Assembly (NCBI GenBank): GCA_036785375.1
Contig: JAWMAR010000131.1
Span: 372,001-436,000 of the forward strand
Origin: Leucoraja ocellata
Lineage: Eukaryota
Direction: 5' to 3'
DNA length: 64,000 nt
Made by a program: the position numbers and the translations under genes. Of the stretch, positions 11,880 to 22,882 are shown piece by piece. Below the pieces are notes generated by a model. The model ran no database searches, was not told the origin of the DNA, and saw only the letters and a program-made list of their open reading frames with translations. Within the stretch, counting starts at the first letter, position 1; each line of letters opens with the position of its first letter.

Positions 11880-12700
11880 AAAATTGACCAAATGTTTCCA
11901 CAGACGGGCAAAGGTAATGTGGGTAATTACTGCCCCACCGGCCTACCCACCGGCCTACTCACCGGCCTACCCTCTGTCATCACCAAAGGAACGGATCATG
12001 GCACCAATAATGCTTTTAACTCACAATTACTTGTTAATAGTAAATGTTTACCAATGCTCAGTGTGGATTTCACCAGGTGCACTCAATACAGATTGCAATC
12101 ATGCAAATGTCATTGCGCTGAAATCCAGAGGTGAGGGGAGAGCGACTGCTGCAGAATTCTAACACGCATTTGAACAAGTGCATCCTCAGAGATCCTTGAT
12201 AAAGTTGAGGTCAACAGGCATCAGAGAGAAAACTCTCCAATGTGTAGTCATAACCACCACGTGATTGTCATAGATCAACTGTCCCTGCCCCAGGACATCT
12301 CTGCAGGAGACCCTCAGGGCAGTGTCTGAGACCCACCAATGATGATGTCTCATCGGTCACTTTCCTTCCATTGTAAGGTCAGAGGTGTGGATGTTTGCTG
12401 ATGACCAATGCTATTTACAGCTCCTCAGGAACCAAATAACTCCTGCATGCATATGAGATTGAGAGAGAATTGCAATTACTGGAGCATTCTAGGAATCACA
12501 ATTAACTTGAAATTAATAGGACCATCTTCATGGATACTTTGACTATAAAACCAGCTCAGAGGCCAGGTATTATGCAATGAGTGACACTGCTGTATCTACA
12601 GCCACTTGCACCTGAAAGTTTATGGTGGCTTAGAGAACTCAGGTTTGTAATAACTGCTGGCCCTTCCAGTAACGCTTACATTGCATAAATAAATACAAAA
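11880..12700 (+). mobile_element. Old degenerate CR1-clade LINE (RT region to 3' tail)
   Basis: Remnants of NYRPI, GxPQGSV (gcaggagaccctcagggcagtgtc) and MFADD (atgtttgctgatgac); tail gctggcccttccagtaacgcttacatt. Confidence 0.6.
11936..11971 (+). repeat. 12-bp tandem repeat x3 (CACCGGCCTACY)
   Basis: caccggcctacc caccggcctact caccggcctacc. Confidence 0.9.
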
Positions 12701-13186
12701 TAAAACTGAGTCTTTAGTATATTAATATATACTGTCCATGTTATACCCCTGCCTTTTTATATGTGAGCAGCCAAAAAACTAAGAATCTATTTTTGCCCTT
12801 AATAATTTAACATTAAATTAATATCACTAAAGATGCAAAAGGAAATCTATCAACATACAAATTAGAAACAGGTGCCAGGCATTCTGTCCCTCATGCCTAC
12901 TCAGTTATTCAATAAAATTGTAGCGGGTCTGATTTTAACCTCAAACCCGCATTGCTACCTCCTGCCTTTCACCCTTTTGCTTAACAATTATCCATTTACC
13001 ATTACCTTATAAATATTCACCCCCTTTAGGGATGAGAATTCCAAAGAGTCTTATTCTCCTGAGTGAAAATAAAGCAACTCATTGCTATCTTAAACGAGTG
13101 ACCTTATTTTTAAGTAGTGACACCTAGTTCTACAAGAGGAAGCAATTCATCCACATCCACCCTGACAAGACCCTTCAGGATTTTGT

Positions 13187-13343
13187 GCAAGAAAGAACTG
13201 CAGATGCTGGTTTACACTGAAGATGGACACAAAATGCTGGAGTAGCTCAACGGGTCAGGCAGCATCTCTGGATCAGCCTGATAAACGGTCTCAACCCGAA
13301 ACGTCACCTGTTCATTTTCTACAGAGATGCTGCTTGTCCCCCT
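13187..13343. mobile_element. Fold-back Penelope-derived mini-element with 13-bp TSD
   Basis: Minus-strand pLTR tail joined to a plus-strand hammerhead segment; ttcaggattttgt at 13174-13186 and 13344-13356. Confidence 0.8.
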
Positions 13344-14796
13344 TTCAGGATTTTGTACTTTTTGAGTCATTTGTCACTATTAGTAATATCAAAATAAATA
13401 TTACATTTCTGATCTTCTTGGCATGGAGTACCTTTGGATGCAGCGGGCTTACACATTTATTCTACTCTATATCTTTCAGCCACTGTATGTGGCAAGTGGA
13501 AGTCAAGAAAAATAGAATTGTTTTCATATTAATGAAACCTATTACAGCTTTCCACTGCCTTACTCAAAATGGAAGATAACTACTAATACAAAGAAGAAAT
13601 ATTTCAGAGAAACAAAATTGTTTGTGCATTTGAGATAGCAGAGATTAATTCCATTCACCTAACGTCCTATGTCAGTGAATTTCAAGTATGCAGGAATAGA
13701 AAATTTCTGCAACATGTTTACTTATTTTGTGATTGTTCTGCTGAATTGTATAACTTGCTGCATTCTCTGGTGTCCTTCCAGGTTATTAACTGCAGTAAAG
13801 GACTTAGCACTTATATAGGTTGCCACTAAGTATGGCATCAATTTCAATATGTGTTAATGTTTAATATTGACTATTGGTCATTTAATACCTCTTCCTCAGC
13901 AGTCTGCAATGGTTCAACTTTATCTCTATATAACCTATTGATAAAAGTGAAAAAAAAACTCCAGAATGTGAGGCCAGCAGGTTAAGTCTCTAAGAGTTTT
14001 ATCATTCTGTCAAACCAGTCAAGTCCTATGCTTTTGATGTGAGGCATATATATATATTTCATGGCCCAATCACAATTTCACATGTTCAAAGCATATCACA
14101 AATTCCTACAAAGTGCTATCTGGCTTTTTTTTAAATATCCATGTAAAGGTAAGTGTTCAGGATTTGTAGAAATGTGGCTCGCCCCTTCACTGTGACCAAG
14201 TTCAATGGATCAGAAAGGGTTCATTGAAAATCCACTCGAGCACAGCACAGCAACAATATAACCGTAGAATGTAAGTTTTATCACTGGGCCTTCATGGAAG
14301 TAAGGGTTGTAATAATAGTCAATGATTATTCAATAACTTGCATCCATAAAGAAACATGTACAATGTCAAAAGATATCCGAATGTGCTCAGTAACGGCAAA
14401 AGGAAGAAATGAGAATAAAGCCAATCCTTAGAAAAATATTTGGAACAGGATTTGGTCACATGCTCCGGCTCCCATTTCCTCATTAAGTACATGCATTAAA
14501 TTTTAGATATATAATCCCCCCATTTAAAAGATGGATTCAGAATTGTTTAGAAAGGTTTTATGCTTTTGGCTGTTGATATTGCCATTGCAATTTCTGCTGA
14601 ATAGACTGGACAAGGCTTGAATGTTTCACTTATTTTGGTTGTGTTAGGGGGTGTAATATCATCATCATAACGTTGCTACAGGCAAAAGCAAAATTGTATT
14701 TCTTTAATGAACTACAACTTAATTGGAAATGAACAAATAATGTATACCAGCTGCCCATCCAAAGTTCCCAGTCACTTGACTGCCAGGTCCACTACA

Positions 14797-14940
14797 AAGA
14801 CAGACACAAAATGCTGGAGTAACTCAGCGGGACAGGAGGAATGGGTGATGTATCAGGGTGGAGCCCCTTCTTCAGAGTTACTACAACATTTTGTGTCTGT
14901 CTTTGGTTTAAATCAGCATCTGTAATTCCCTCATACACAA
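14797..14940. mobile_element. Fold-back Penelope-derived mini-element with ~10-bp TSD
   Basis: aaagacagacacaaaatgctggagtaactc is inverted as gagttactacaacattttgtgtctgtcttt; flanks gtccactaca (14787-14796) and gtctactaca (14941-14950). Confidence 0.8.
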
Positions 14941-17295
14941 GTCTACTACATATGTGACTGGTCAGTGGTTAACGCATTTTAAGCACACCTGAAACAGTGC
15001 TTTAGTTAACACAGTGAAACATTTTGCCAGCTCAGGGTTTTATCAACGTTAAATAATATACTTTCTAAGAAGATCTACTGGAATATTTTTTCAGTTATTA
15101 CCATCAGCAAATCAAAAAAAGATTCAAACCCTAATTGTAGATGAAATAAACTCTAACATATACAGGAATGTAACTATTACTCTGTGTTTACTTGATGAAC
15201 AAAACAGCCCTGAACAATACAGGGGTGATTGTGAGATGTCTGACAAACCTACCCACATGTACTGTGCTGACATGGAAACTCCATGTTTCTTACATTTATT
15301 CTGATCCCCAAAATGAGAAAGAAAGCTGAGAAACAGCACAACATGCAAGAGAGATTTTAAACATACCTTTTGTTTGGGAAGAGAAAAGGAGGAAAACAGG
15401 GAATGACAGGGAAGGTATGCAGGTTGCAGGTCTGATGTATGCTTACATGGTTGAAGTACATATTGCACGAGGTTAGGGTTTATTTTTAAGTATCCATTGT
15501 AATGTAATTAAATGCAATTGCAGTCATAAACTAATGTTTGAAAAGCTTTATTAATGATCGTAATGTAAAAATGACTCTTGTGTGAATAGAAAATGTAGAA
15601 ATTTAATAGAAAATTATCTCTGCTGGGAAATTTCCCTGCACTGTGCAATCTTTTATTTTGACTAATCTTATTTAGGTTATTTTACTGGGGACAAAATTGG
15701 ACTGGGGTAGTTTTGCGTGATTTGCCCGGTGCCCTGTTAATGCAGTGCTGGTCTCTCATTGTTGTGATTCCTGCAGCCATGAGCATTCTTCATGCTATTG
15801 ATTTCCTGATGACCTAACCGCAGAGCTTAATTCCATCATTGGCTGGCATCAATTTCAGCACTGATTAAAGCCAACCCACTCCTTGAAGGGGAGATGCATT
15901 GTAGCTGAAACCAGTGGGGAAATCACTTTTAACACTTGTTGGAACTGATAGCAGAACATGAGTGAGCATGGATACCCAAATGGGTCTCCACTGTGATCGA
16001 TATGCGCAGCAGCTGAGGTGGGCTGGTGGTTGAGGGAATGATTATAATGACTTAATCCCGACTCCTGGTTCATTGGATTGAATCAATCCACATATAAATG
16101 CATTGGTATTGTTCGTAAAGTGCCAGGTAGTGTTTATACCAAGCAGAATCAACAGTGTAATTGTTAGACTGTTGAGTATGATATAAACTTAGCTGTTACT
16201 GTTGTAATAGATTACTTCCAGTTCCATAAATCATTTCATGCTTAAAAGCAAAGAAAGAAATTGGAAGGGAGTAATTAATTTTCGAGACCTACTACATAAT
16301 TGAGAACATGCTGTCAAATTTGTACGAGTTAATTTAATTTCTCCTTGACTCCCTAAGAATTGTATTGACATGTTTTTAAAAGAGCTTTCTACTACACCTG
16401 GCTGGGGGATCAACTTTTATGTACTTTAATTACTGAAAAGAAATCTCTAAAGAGAGCTATTACAGCCAGGATCCGATTTGACCTGACAAATGAATAAGAA
16501 TTACCCCCAAAAAATCTTACGACAACAAGCTTTAATTGGGGATCTATTGGGAGATGTTTCAAAAAGAAAGATGAATTCTGCATAAAATCATTGCAGTTTG
16601 ATTTTTTTTTAATTCAATTTGATTGCACAATGTCATTTTTATATTCACATAAAAATATGATAGCTGGTTTGGACTTACTGCCATCTTCTCCACTGATATT
16701 TATAGCTAACACTATGACGTTTATAGGGATGGCTGAGTTATATGATAATGCTACGTAGGCTTAATTTTTGATGTATTAAATGCAGGTCATTTTAATCTGA
16801 TCCGGGAACTTTATAATGGTTTTACTCATTAAAAAATATTGTTAATGGAAGTGCTTGTTTATTGTTTAAACTCCCTGAATCATTTATAAGATCTGCATAC
16901 TCAATGGGAAGATGTCGCCCATTCAAGAGAGGTTGTTTTGTTCTATAGAGGGCTTTGAATATACCTAGCAAAAATATGAATAGAGCAAAATCCTATAAGG
17001 TTTATTCTATACAAGGTATGAGCAGAGGTACTGTTTAAAAATAAACCTAACACATATTTGGCCCAAATTACAGATCGCTATGATTTGAACTTCCTTTGAG
17101 GTAATAAATCTAATTTGTACATCGAGCATGTGTGCAAATTAGTTGGAATAGTTGTGAAACAGCATCTATGGATGGACACACCCACTCCCACCAAGAATGA
17201 GAATTACACTGGCTGGTATATAATGGCATGTTGCAGGATAGAGAGTGCACAGATTCTCATATGCAACAGTGGGGATCCTGGTGGAAGAGATAGAG

Positions 17296-17480
17296 CGACA
17301 CAGTGGCACAGCAGTAGAGTTGCTGCCTCACAGCGCCAGAGAGCTAGGTTTGATCCTGAATACTGGTGCTGTCTGGACGGAGTTTGTACATTCACCCTGT
17401 GATCATGTGGGTTTTCTCCGGGTCCTCCCACACTCCCAATACGTACAGGTTGCAGGTTAATTGGCAATAGGCAGGTTAAT
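17296..17480 (+). mobile_element. HE1-like SINE, partial
   Basis: Head gtggcacagcagtagagttgctgcctcacagcgccagaga and core as in other copies. Confidence 0.8.
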
Positions 17481-17699
17481 CCATAAAGATTTTTGCTATC
17501 TCCCGAGCTCCTTGCATGTACAATTTCAGAGGACTTTACTTCTGAACTTTTGGTTGTGACCTCCAGCATTTCTGTTAAGAACTGTGGACGATGTGGTTTG
17601 GAATACTGGCATCCCAGACCTGCTATTTACAGGGCAGTTTAATCTTAGTGACTACTCGGGGAACAGGAGATAAACTCTCCATTTGCAATTGTAAACCTA

Positions 17700-18680
17700 T
17701 CTTCAAACTTCCATCTTCTCCTTTATAATGAAACTCTTAGGTTGAGGAAGATTTATTTCCACTCCGATTTAGTGCATTCTGAGATGGCTGTTGAACCCAA
17801 TGTGGGAACTGCAGGTTCTTCCAGGGGCAGGGGATGCTTGACTGGGGCACATGGATAAGTGGTTTTTGAGATGGTTCACTCTTGCCATTGCCTATGTATG
17901 TGTGCTCCCAATGCAAGGCATCAAAGTTCCCAATACTACAGTGAATGACATTTCTTTCCTCTGAGTGGTCAAGAAGCAGGAAAATCAAGTCCAACAAGCC
18001 TTCTATCTGTGAAGCCTTCTATCTTTTCCTTTGCATAGCTGCAAAGTCCTTCCAATGAAAGGGCTCGGGGTAGAATGTCTGTTTTTGGTGTCCTATGCCG
18101 GGCATATGAACAACATGGCCAGCACTGTATGTCGGCTCTCAAAGCTGAAATGTTAGCCGAGGAGTGGACACTGAAATTGGTTGCTAATCCATTCAGTGAA
18201 TTTGTAGGATATTGCAGAAAGAACCATCATGGTATCTTTTCAACCTGCTGTTGTTAGACCAAGTTCCAGAAGCATATAGGAGGGTAGGGATCATTGCTAA
18301 CTGGTAGACCATGTGTTTTCTGCCAAGTCTGAGATGTTAATCTTTAAACGAAAGACTGTGGTTTCCAAGATACGGCAAGAGGTCCATGTTTTCTAAAGTC
18401 CTGCCTTGAACCTTTACTGCCAGCAGGCAATGTGTTGCAGCAAGGGCAGTTTAATGAAGGACTCTTATCTTGTGAATGTTCAGTGTTACACTGGCAACTG
18501 TTGGATTTTGGGTACCTATAAAGGCCATCCACAATATTGAATGTTTCAATGCTGATTTTGGTGTCAGGGGATTTGTCAACTGCAGCCATAGTTGCAATTC
18601 ATAGCTTGATACAGCAAGAAAATTAATCTTCCGACCCTTTAAATCTGCACTGATCATCAAACGCCCATCTACAATCATGG
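17700..18680 (-). mobile_element. Highly degenerate RTE-clade LINE 3' half
   Basis: Minus strand encodes CSSHIGFNSHLRM (~17775-17813), resembling the RTE C-terminal CxSxIGLxSHxR knuckle; upstream boundary uncertain. Confidence 0.45.
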
Positions 18681-20261
18681 CTTTTAAGAAAAATTCTTCT
18701 TACATTCACAACAACTCACTTGCACTCTATGGATAATTTACAGTGGCTAATCAACTTACCATCTTCTCTATAGTTTCATGATCTTCTTTGTAGTTCTAAT
18801 GTAAAACAAATAGAGTTTTGCAGATGATTTAGTAAAGAAAGTAGTTTGAAAATCAAGCAAACACTCTAGTGTTTCTGCACTGCTGAATCATTTCTCATTA
18901 CCTTATTTCCCTCAGTTAACCCAGTTCCTAGTTAGGAACTGTACACAACAGTAGCTCTAATACTGATACAATAGTAAATAATTTTGAATGATACTTAGTC
19001 GGAAATTAATAAGCCCTGTCATTTACTGGGCAAATAATACATGAAAGCAAAGATGTAGAGGGTTTTTTGAGAAAACGTATTGAAACATAGTAAAAATGGA
19101 AGAAAAGGCGACTCTAATCCCTGTGCTCTAAATTATGAATTTACTTTTTTTATACCAGAAAATTAATCATGGTTCAGAACTAACATTTCTGAGGCAGTAT
19201 CGCGTTTTACTGTTTTTCCAGAATATCTAGTAATTGAAAATGCAGAAGAATTGAATTTAATATATTCCATGTGTGTGCTCTCCAAATCTATTCTCTGTGG
19301 AGACTTGCAAACAAACACTAGACCACCATTCAGAGATTCAAATCCCCTTAATTCAAGACAGTTTTCTTTCCTGAGAGTCAATAGACTGTCCATACTGCAT
19401 GGGACAGAGGAAATCGTAAAGATGATTATCCTTCACATTACCGCTACTATTCTTCATGAAGAAATGGCACTACATTGAGAGTCACTGCATATAACTTCTG
19501 AACAATGTATTGAGAAATGTTCTTCATGGTCCACAGTCTCTTTCACGTCACAACAGATGATGTCAATGCTGCAGACTGTTTTGACTGGAGCAAATCGTTT
19601 TCCCTTGTCAAGGCAAGGTGATGGCCAATGGTAAAAAAAACAATATAGAGGTCGATGAGGCATTGGAAGTTATTTTGTGGACATTGATCTGTCAAAGACA
19701 TGGACTGAGATGTGGTGCAGAATATTTTTTATAGATTGTACTTTATCTCTGCATTTACATTTCCAATCAGTTCAAGGCAGGTAATTCTTTCTATGAGTGC
19801 AAATGAGACGTAAAGTCTGGATAAGGTTTATCTTCTGATGTTGGTCCAGGCAACTCCACACTCTCGCTCTGCAGCATTTAGGAGAGAGATAAGGTCATCA
19901 AAATGCTCCAGCAGTTCTTTAGGCTTTCTAGAGATCTCGGTAAAGCAATCATACTCAGTGAGACCTCTGGTATGTTAAAACAAATGCAGCTGGAATTAAA
20001 TATATTAGGTAGCTTCTTAAAAACATGTTGTGGAATTTAGCTTCTCAGGATGTGCTGCCTCCCCCTAGCTTCTGATTTTAATCTGCTCCTTTAAGCATTT
20101 CGGAAACTGGGAATTCTTAGTTATTCAAAGGAAAAATGGGCGAAATGTTGGGTTTTGATGAGAGATGGGTTATGAAGGGAAGGTGCGTGTTTGCACCATT
20201 TATGGCTTGGAGATGCAGAGGTTATGGTATGAAGAGGAAATGGGATACAAAAAGGGAAAGG

Positions 20262-21534
20262 AACACAAAATGCAGGAATAACTCAATGGGTCAGGCACCA
20301 TCTCTGGAAAAAATGGATCAGTGACATTTCGGGTCAGGTCCCTTCTTCAGACTGATTGTAGTAAGGAGAGTGGGGGGGGGGACTTAAAGAGAGATAAAAA
20401 CAGGAGAAATCAGGGCCAGCAACAGTTGACCTCAGGCAAGAAGGTTGGCTGATAGGCCAATTGTGGGCTAGAGACAAGTGTGAGCCCAAGAGGGATACAT
20501 AGTTGTCAACTGTGGAGACTTTTACTGGAGGGGGGAGGGTGAACAGGGAGCTGTTGATGGAAGTTACAAAAAAAGTAATATCCAACATTCATACTGCTAG
20601 GGTGTAGGCTACCCGTGAAATATGAGGTGCTGCTCCTCCAATTTGTATGTGGCCTCATTCTAGCAATGCAGGCGGTCCAGAACAGAAAGGCCATTATGGG
20701 AATGGGAAGGGGAGTTAAAGTGGTTGCCAACTGGAAGATCCAGTAGGCCTTGGCGGACCAAACTCATGTGTTCACCGTCAAAACGGTCTACGCTTGGTGT
20801 CACCAATGTACAGGAGCCCACATCGGGAACACCAAATGCAGTAGATGAAGTTAGAGGAGGTATGTGTGTATCTCTGTCTCACCTGGAAGGATTGCTGGGA
20901 CCCCTGTTGGGAGTCAAGGGAGGAGGTATAAGTACAGGTGTTGTATCTCCTGTGGTTGTAGGGAAAAATATCTGGGGAGGGGGTGGTTTGAGTGGGAAGG
21001 GATGTGTGAACCAAGGAGTTGCGGAGGAAGCAGTCTCTAAGCGAGGTGGAGATAGGAAGATATGATTAGTGGTGGGATCTCGTTGGAGGTGATGGAAATG
21101 TCAGAGGATGATATGTTGGATGCAGAGGCTGGTTGGGTGTCAGAAGACCAGAGGAACTCTGTCCTTGTTGTCTCTGGGGATAGAGGGAGTGAGTGTAGAA
21201 CTCTGGGACACAGAAGAGCCATGAGTGATGGAACCATCTATGGCAACTGGGAGGGAAACCAGGTTTTCTAAAGAATGAGGAAATCTTCGATGTATGGAAA
21301 GCCTCTTCTTGGGAGCAGCTGTGGCAGAGACAGAGGAATTGAGAGTCGGGGATAGCATCTTTGCAAGAGGCAGGGTGGGAGGAGGTGTAGCCAAGATAGC
21401 TGTGGGGTTAGTAGGTATGTCCACTAAGTCTAGTCCCTGGTAGACACAAAATGCTGAGTAACTCAGCGGGACAGGCAGCATCTCTGGAGAGAAGTAATGG
21501 GTGACGTTTCAGGTCGAGTCCCTTCTTCAGACTG
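20262..21534 (-). mobile_element. Degenerate 5'-truncated Penelope-like element (RT thumb + GIY-YIG endonuclease) between direct terminal repeats
   Basis: Minus-strand frames give PTNPHSYLGYTSSHPASCKDAIPDSQFL (RT thumb), SSNFIYCIWCSRCGLLYIGDTKRR (GIY-YIG) and KLEEQHLIF (C-terminus); direct ~90-bp repeats at 20262-20354 and 21441-21534. Confidence 0.9.
21502..21530 (-). ncRNA. Minimal hammerhead ribozyme motif in the upstream pLTR
   Basis: Minus strand CTGAAGAAGGGACTCGACCTGAAACGTCA: catalytic boxes intact, stem II imperfect. Confidence 0.55.
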
Positions 21535-22860
21535 GTCTCTTTGTTTAGTCCCTGTATTGTTTTATATTTTCTAATTTCCTTTGATAGGTTTGAGATACAA
21601 TATTGCTCCTTTGACCCAAGAGGTAAGAATAGACCTCCCCTCCCCACACTGGGGTCTACTCTCCAAATCCCAAACTTCTCATACGTGATCCTCATAATTT
21701 ATCCTTTGGTCTTTAACCTCACGGCTAAGGATTTCTTTGGTGCATAACTGAAAGTTTTGTCTATTTGGAATGTATCCAACTTCCAGTTAGCTGCTACTTC
21801 CCTCCATGTTTTGTGTGAGAGATGGACAGAGATGCTACAGATGTGGTGCAGTGGTTAAAATCACTCTTGTTTCATTATACCCACGTTGGGATGGATAGTT
21901 CCTAACTTCATAGTGGACAACTATGTCCAATCTGAATATCAGAAGGAAAAGCTTCTCATACTTGTATAAAGTGCAGTCTTCTGAAAGGCTGCTCCTTGTG
22001 TACAGGAATTCATCATCATTGTTGATGAACTAGAATCGATGGATCGTGCACATGGCTGGAGAAAATTGATTTACTTACTGCTCCTCCGTAATGTTCCAGT
22101 TTAGTGTGTGTCCCAGTTAATTGCACTCAGCTGCAAGATTTGCCTGGCCTTAATAAATTCCCTTTATGGAATTCAAAAGAGAAACAATCCCTCAGTACGA
22201 AATGGCTAGTGTGAAAAACAGGTGTAATGTTATGCATAAGCATAAAAAAACATCTATAATAAACATAATTATACCAGGCATATCACACCAGTGTAGACAG
22301 AAGATCACTACTGGCACGAAGGTTAAAGCACATGATTGCACTTGTACAGCAATACCACTAATATGCCCACAGCTATACAGTACCTGTTCAGAGAATATTT
22401 GATGCAGATTCACGGTGATGATAGTGAATTTTTTTTTCTCCCATTGATGTCCCTCCTATTAATGAGGACAGAATTGACCAAACGTAAGCAGTGATATAAT
22501 TTATTGCCTTCAATCGAACAAAACCGTTTCAGTGTTGTACTTTGTCGTTCTTTTAAATACGCAATTAAAATGCTGGATGCGTCGCTATTTTAATGAGATT
22601 ATGTTTGAATTGGTCTCATCTTCCATTTTGCAACCAAATCCATCATTGCGCGGTTTTAGGGATTAGGAAAGAGAAGACAACTGGCATGTAAAGTAATTGT
22701 ACAGAAATCGGGAGATTGAACCTCATCAGGTTAAACATGACTGGGGAAGAGAAGGGGTGGGGAGGGCAGAGGTCGGGGGGTGTGAGAGGTGGGGGGGGAG
22801 TCATATTTTGTGCCAATGTTGCAGATTTCTGTTCTGGTTCAATTTTTACCAATTACAATG

Positions 22861-22882
22861 TCCATCTTAATTTATGTTTCAG
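22861..22882 (+). promoter_or_regulatory. 3' splice acceptor of the TSHZ2 intron upstream of the main exon
   Basis: tccatcttaatttatgtttcAG immediately before the conserved YVPEE start of teashirt main exons; phase-1 junction as in the TSHZ family. Confidence 0.85.

Noticed and set aside
22789-22882. ORF-track N-terminus (GTG start, in-frame ATGs at 22816 and 22858) as the true TSHZ2 start
   Set aside because: It lies upstream of a clear splice acceptor and does not resemble teashirt proteins. The family N-terminus (MPRRKQ..) is on a separate exon not seen in this window.
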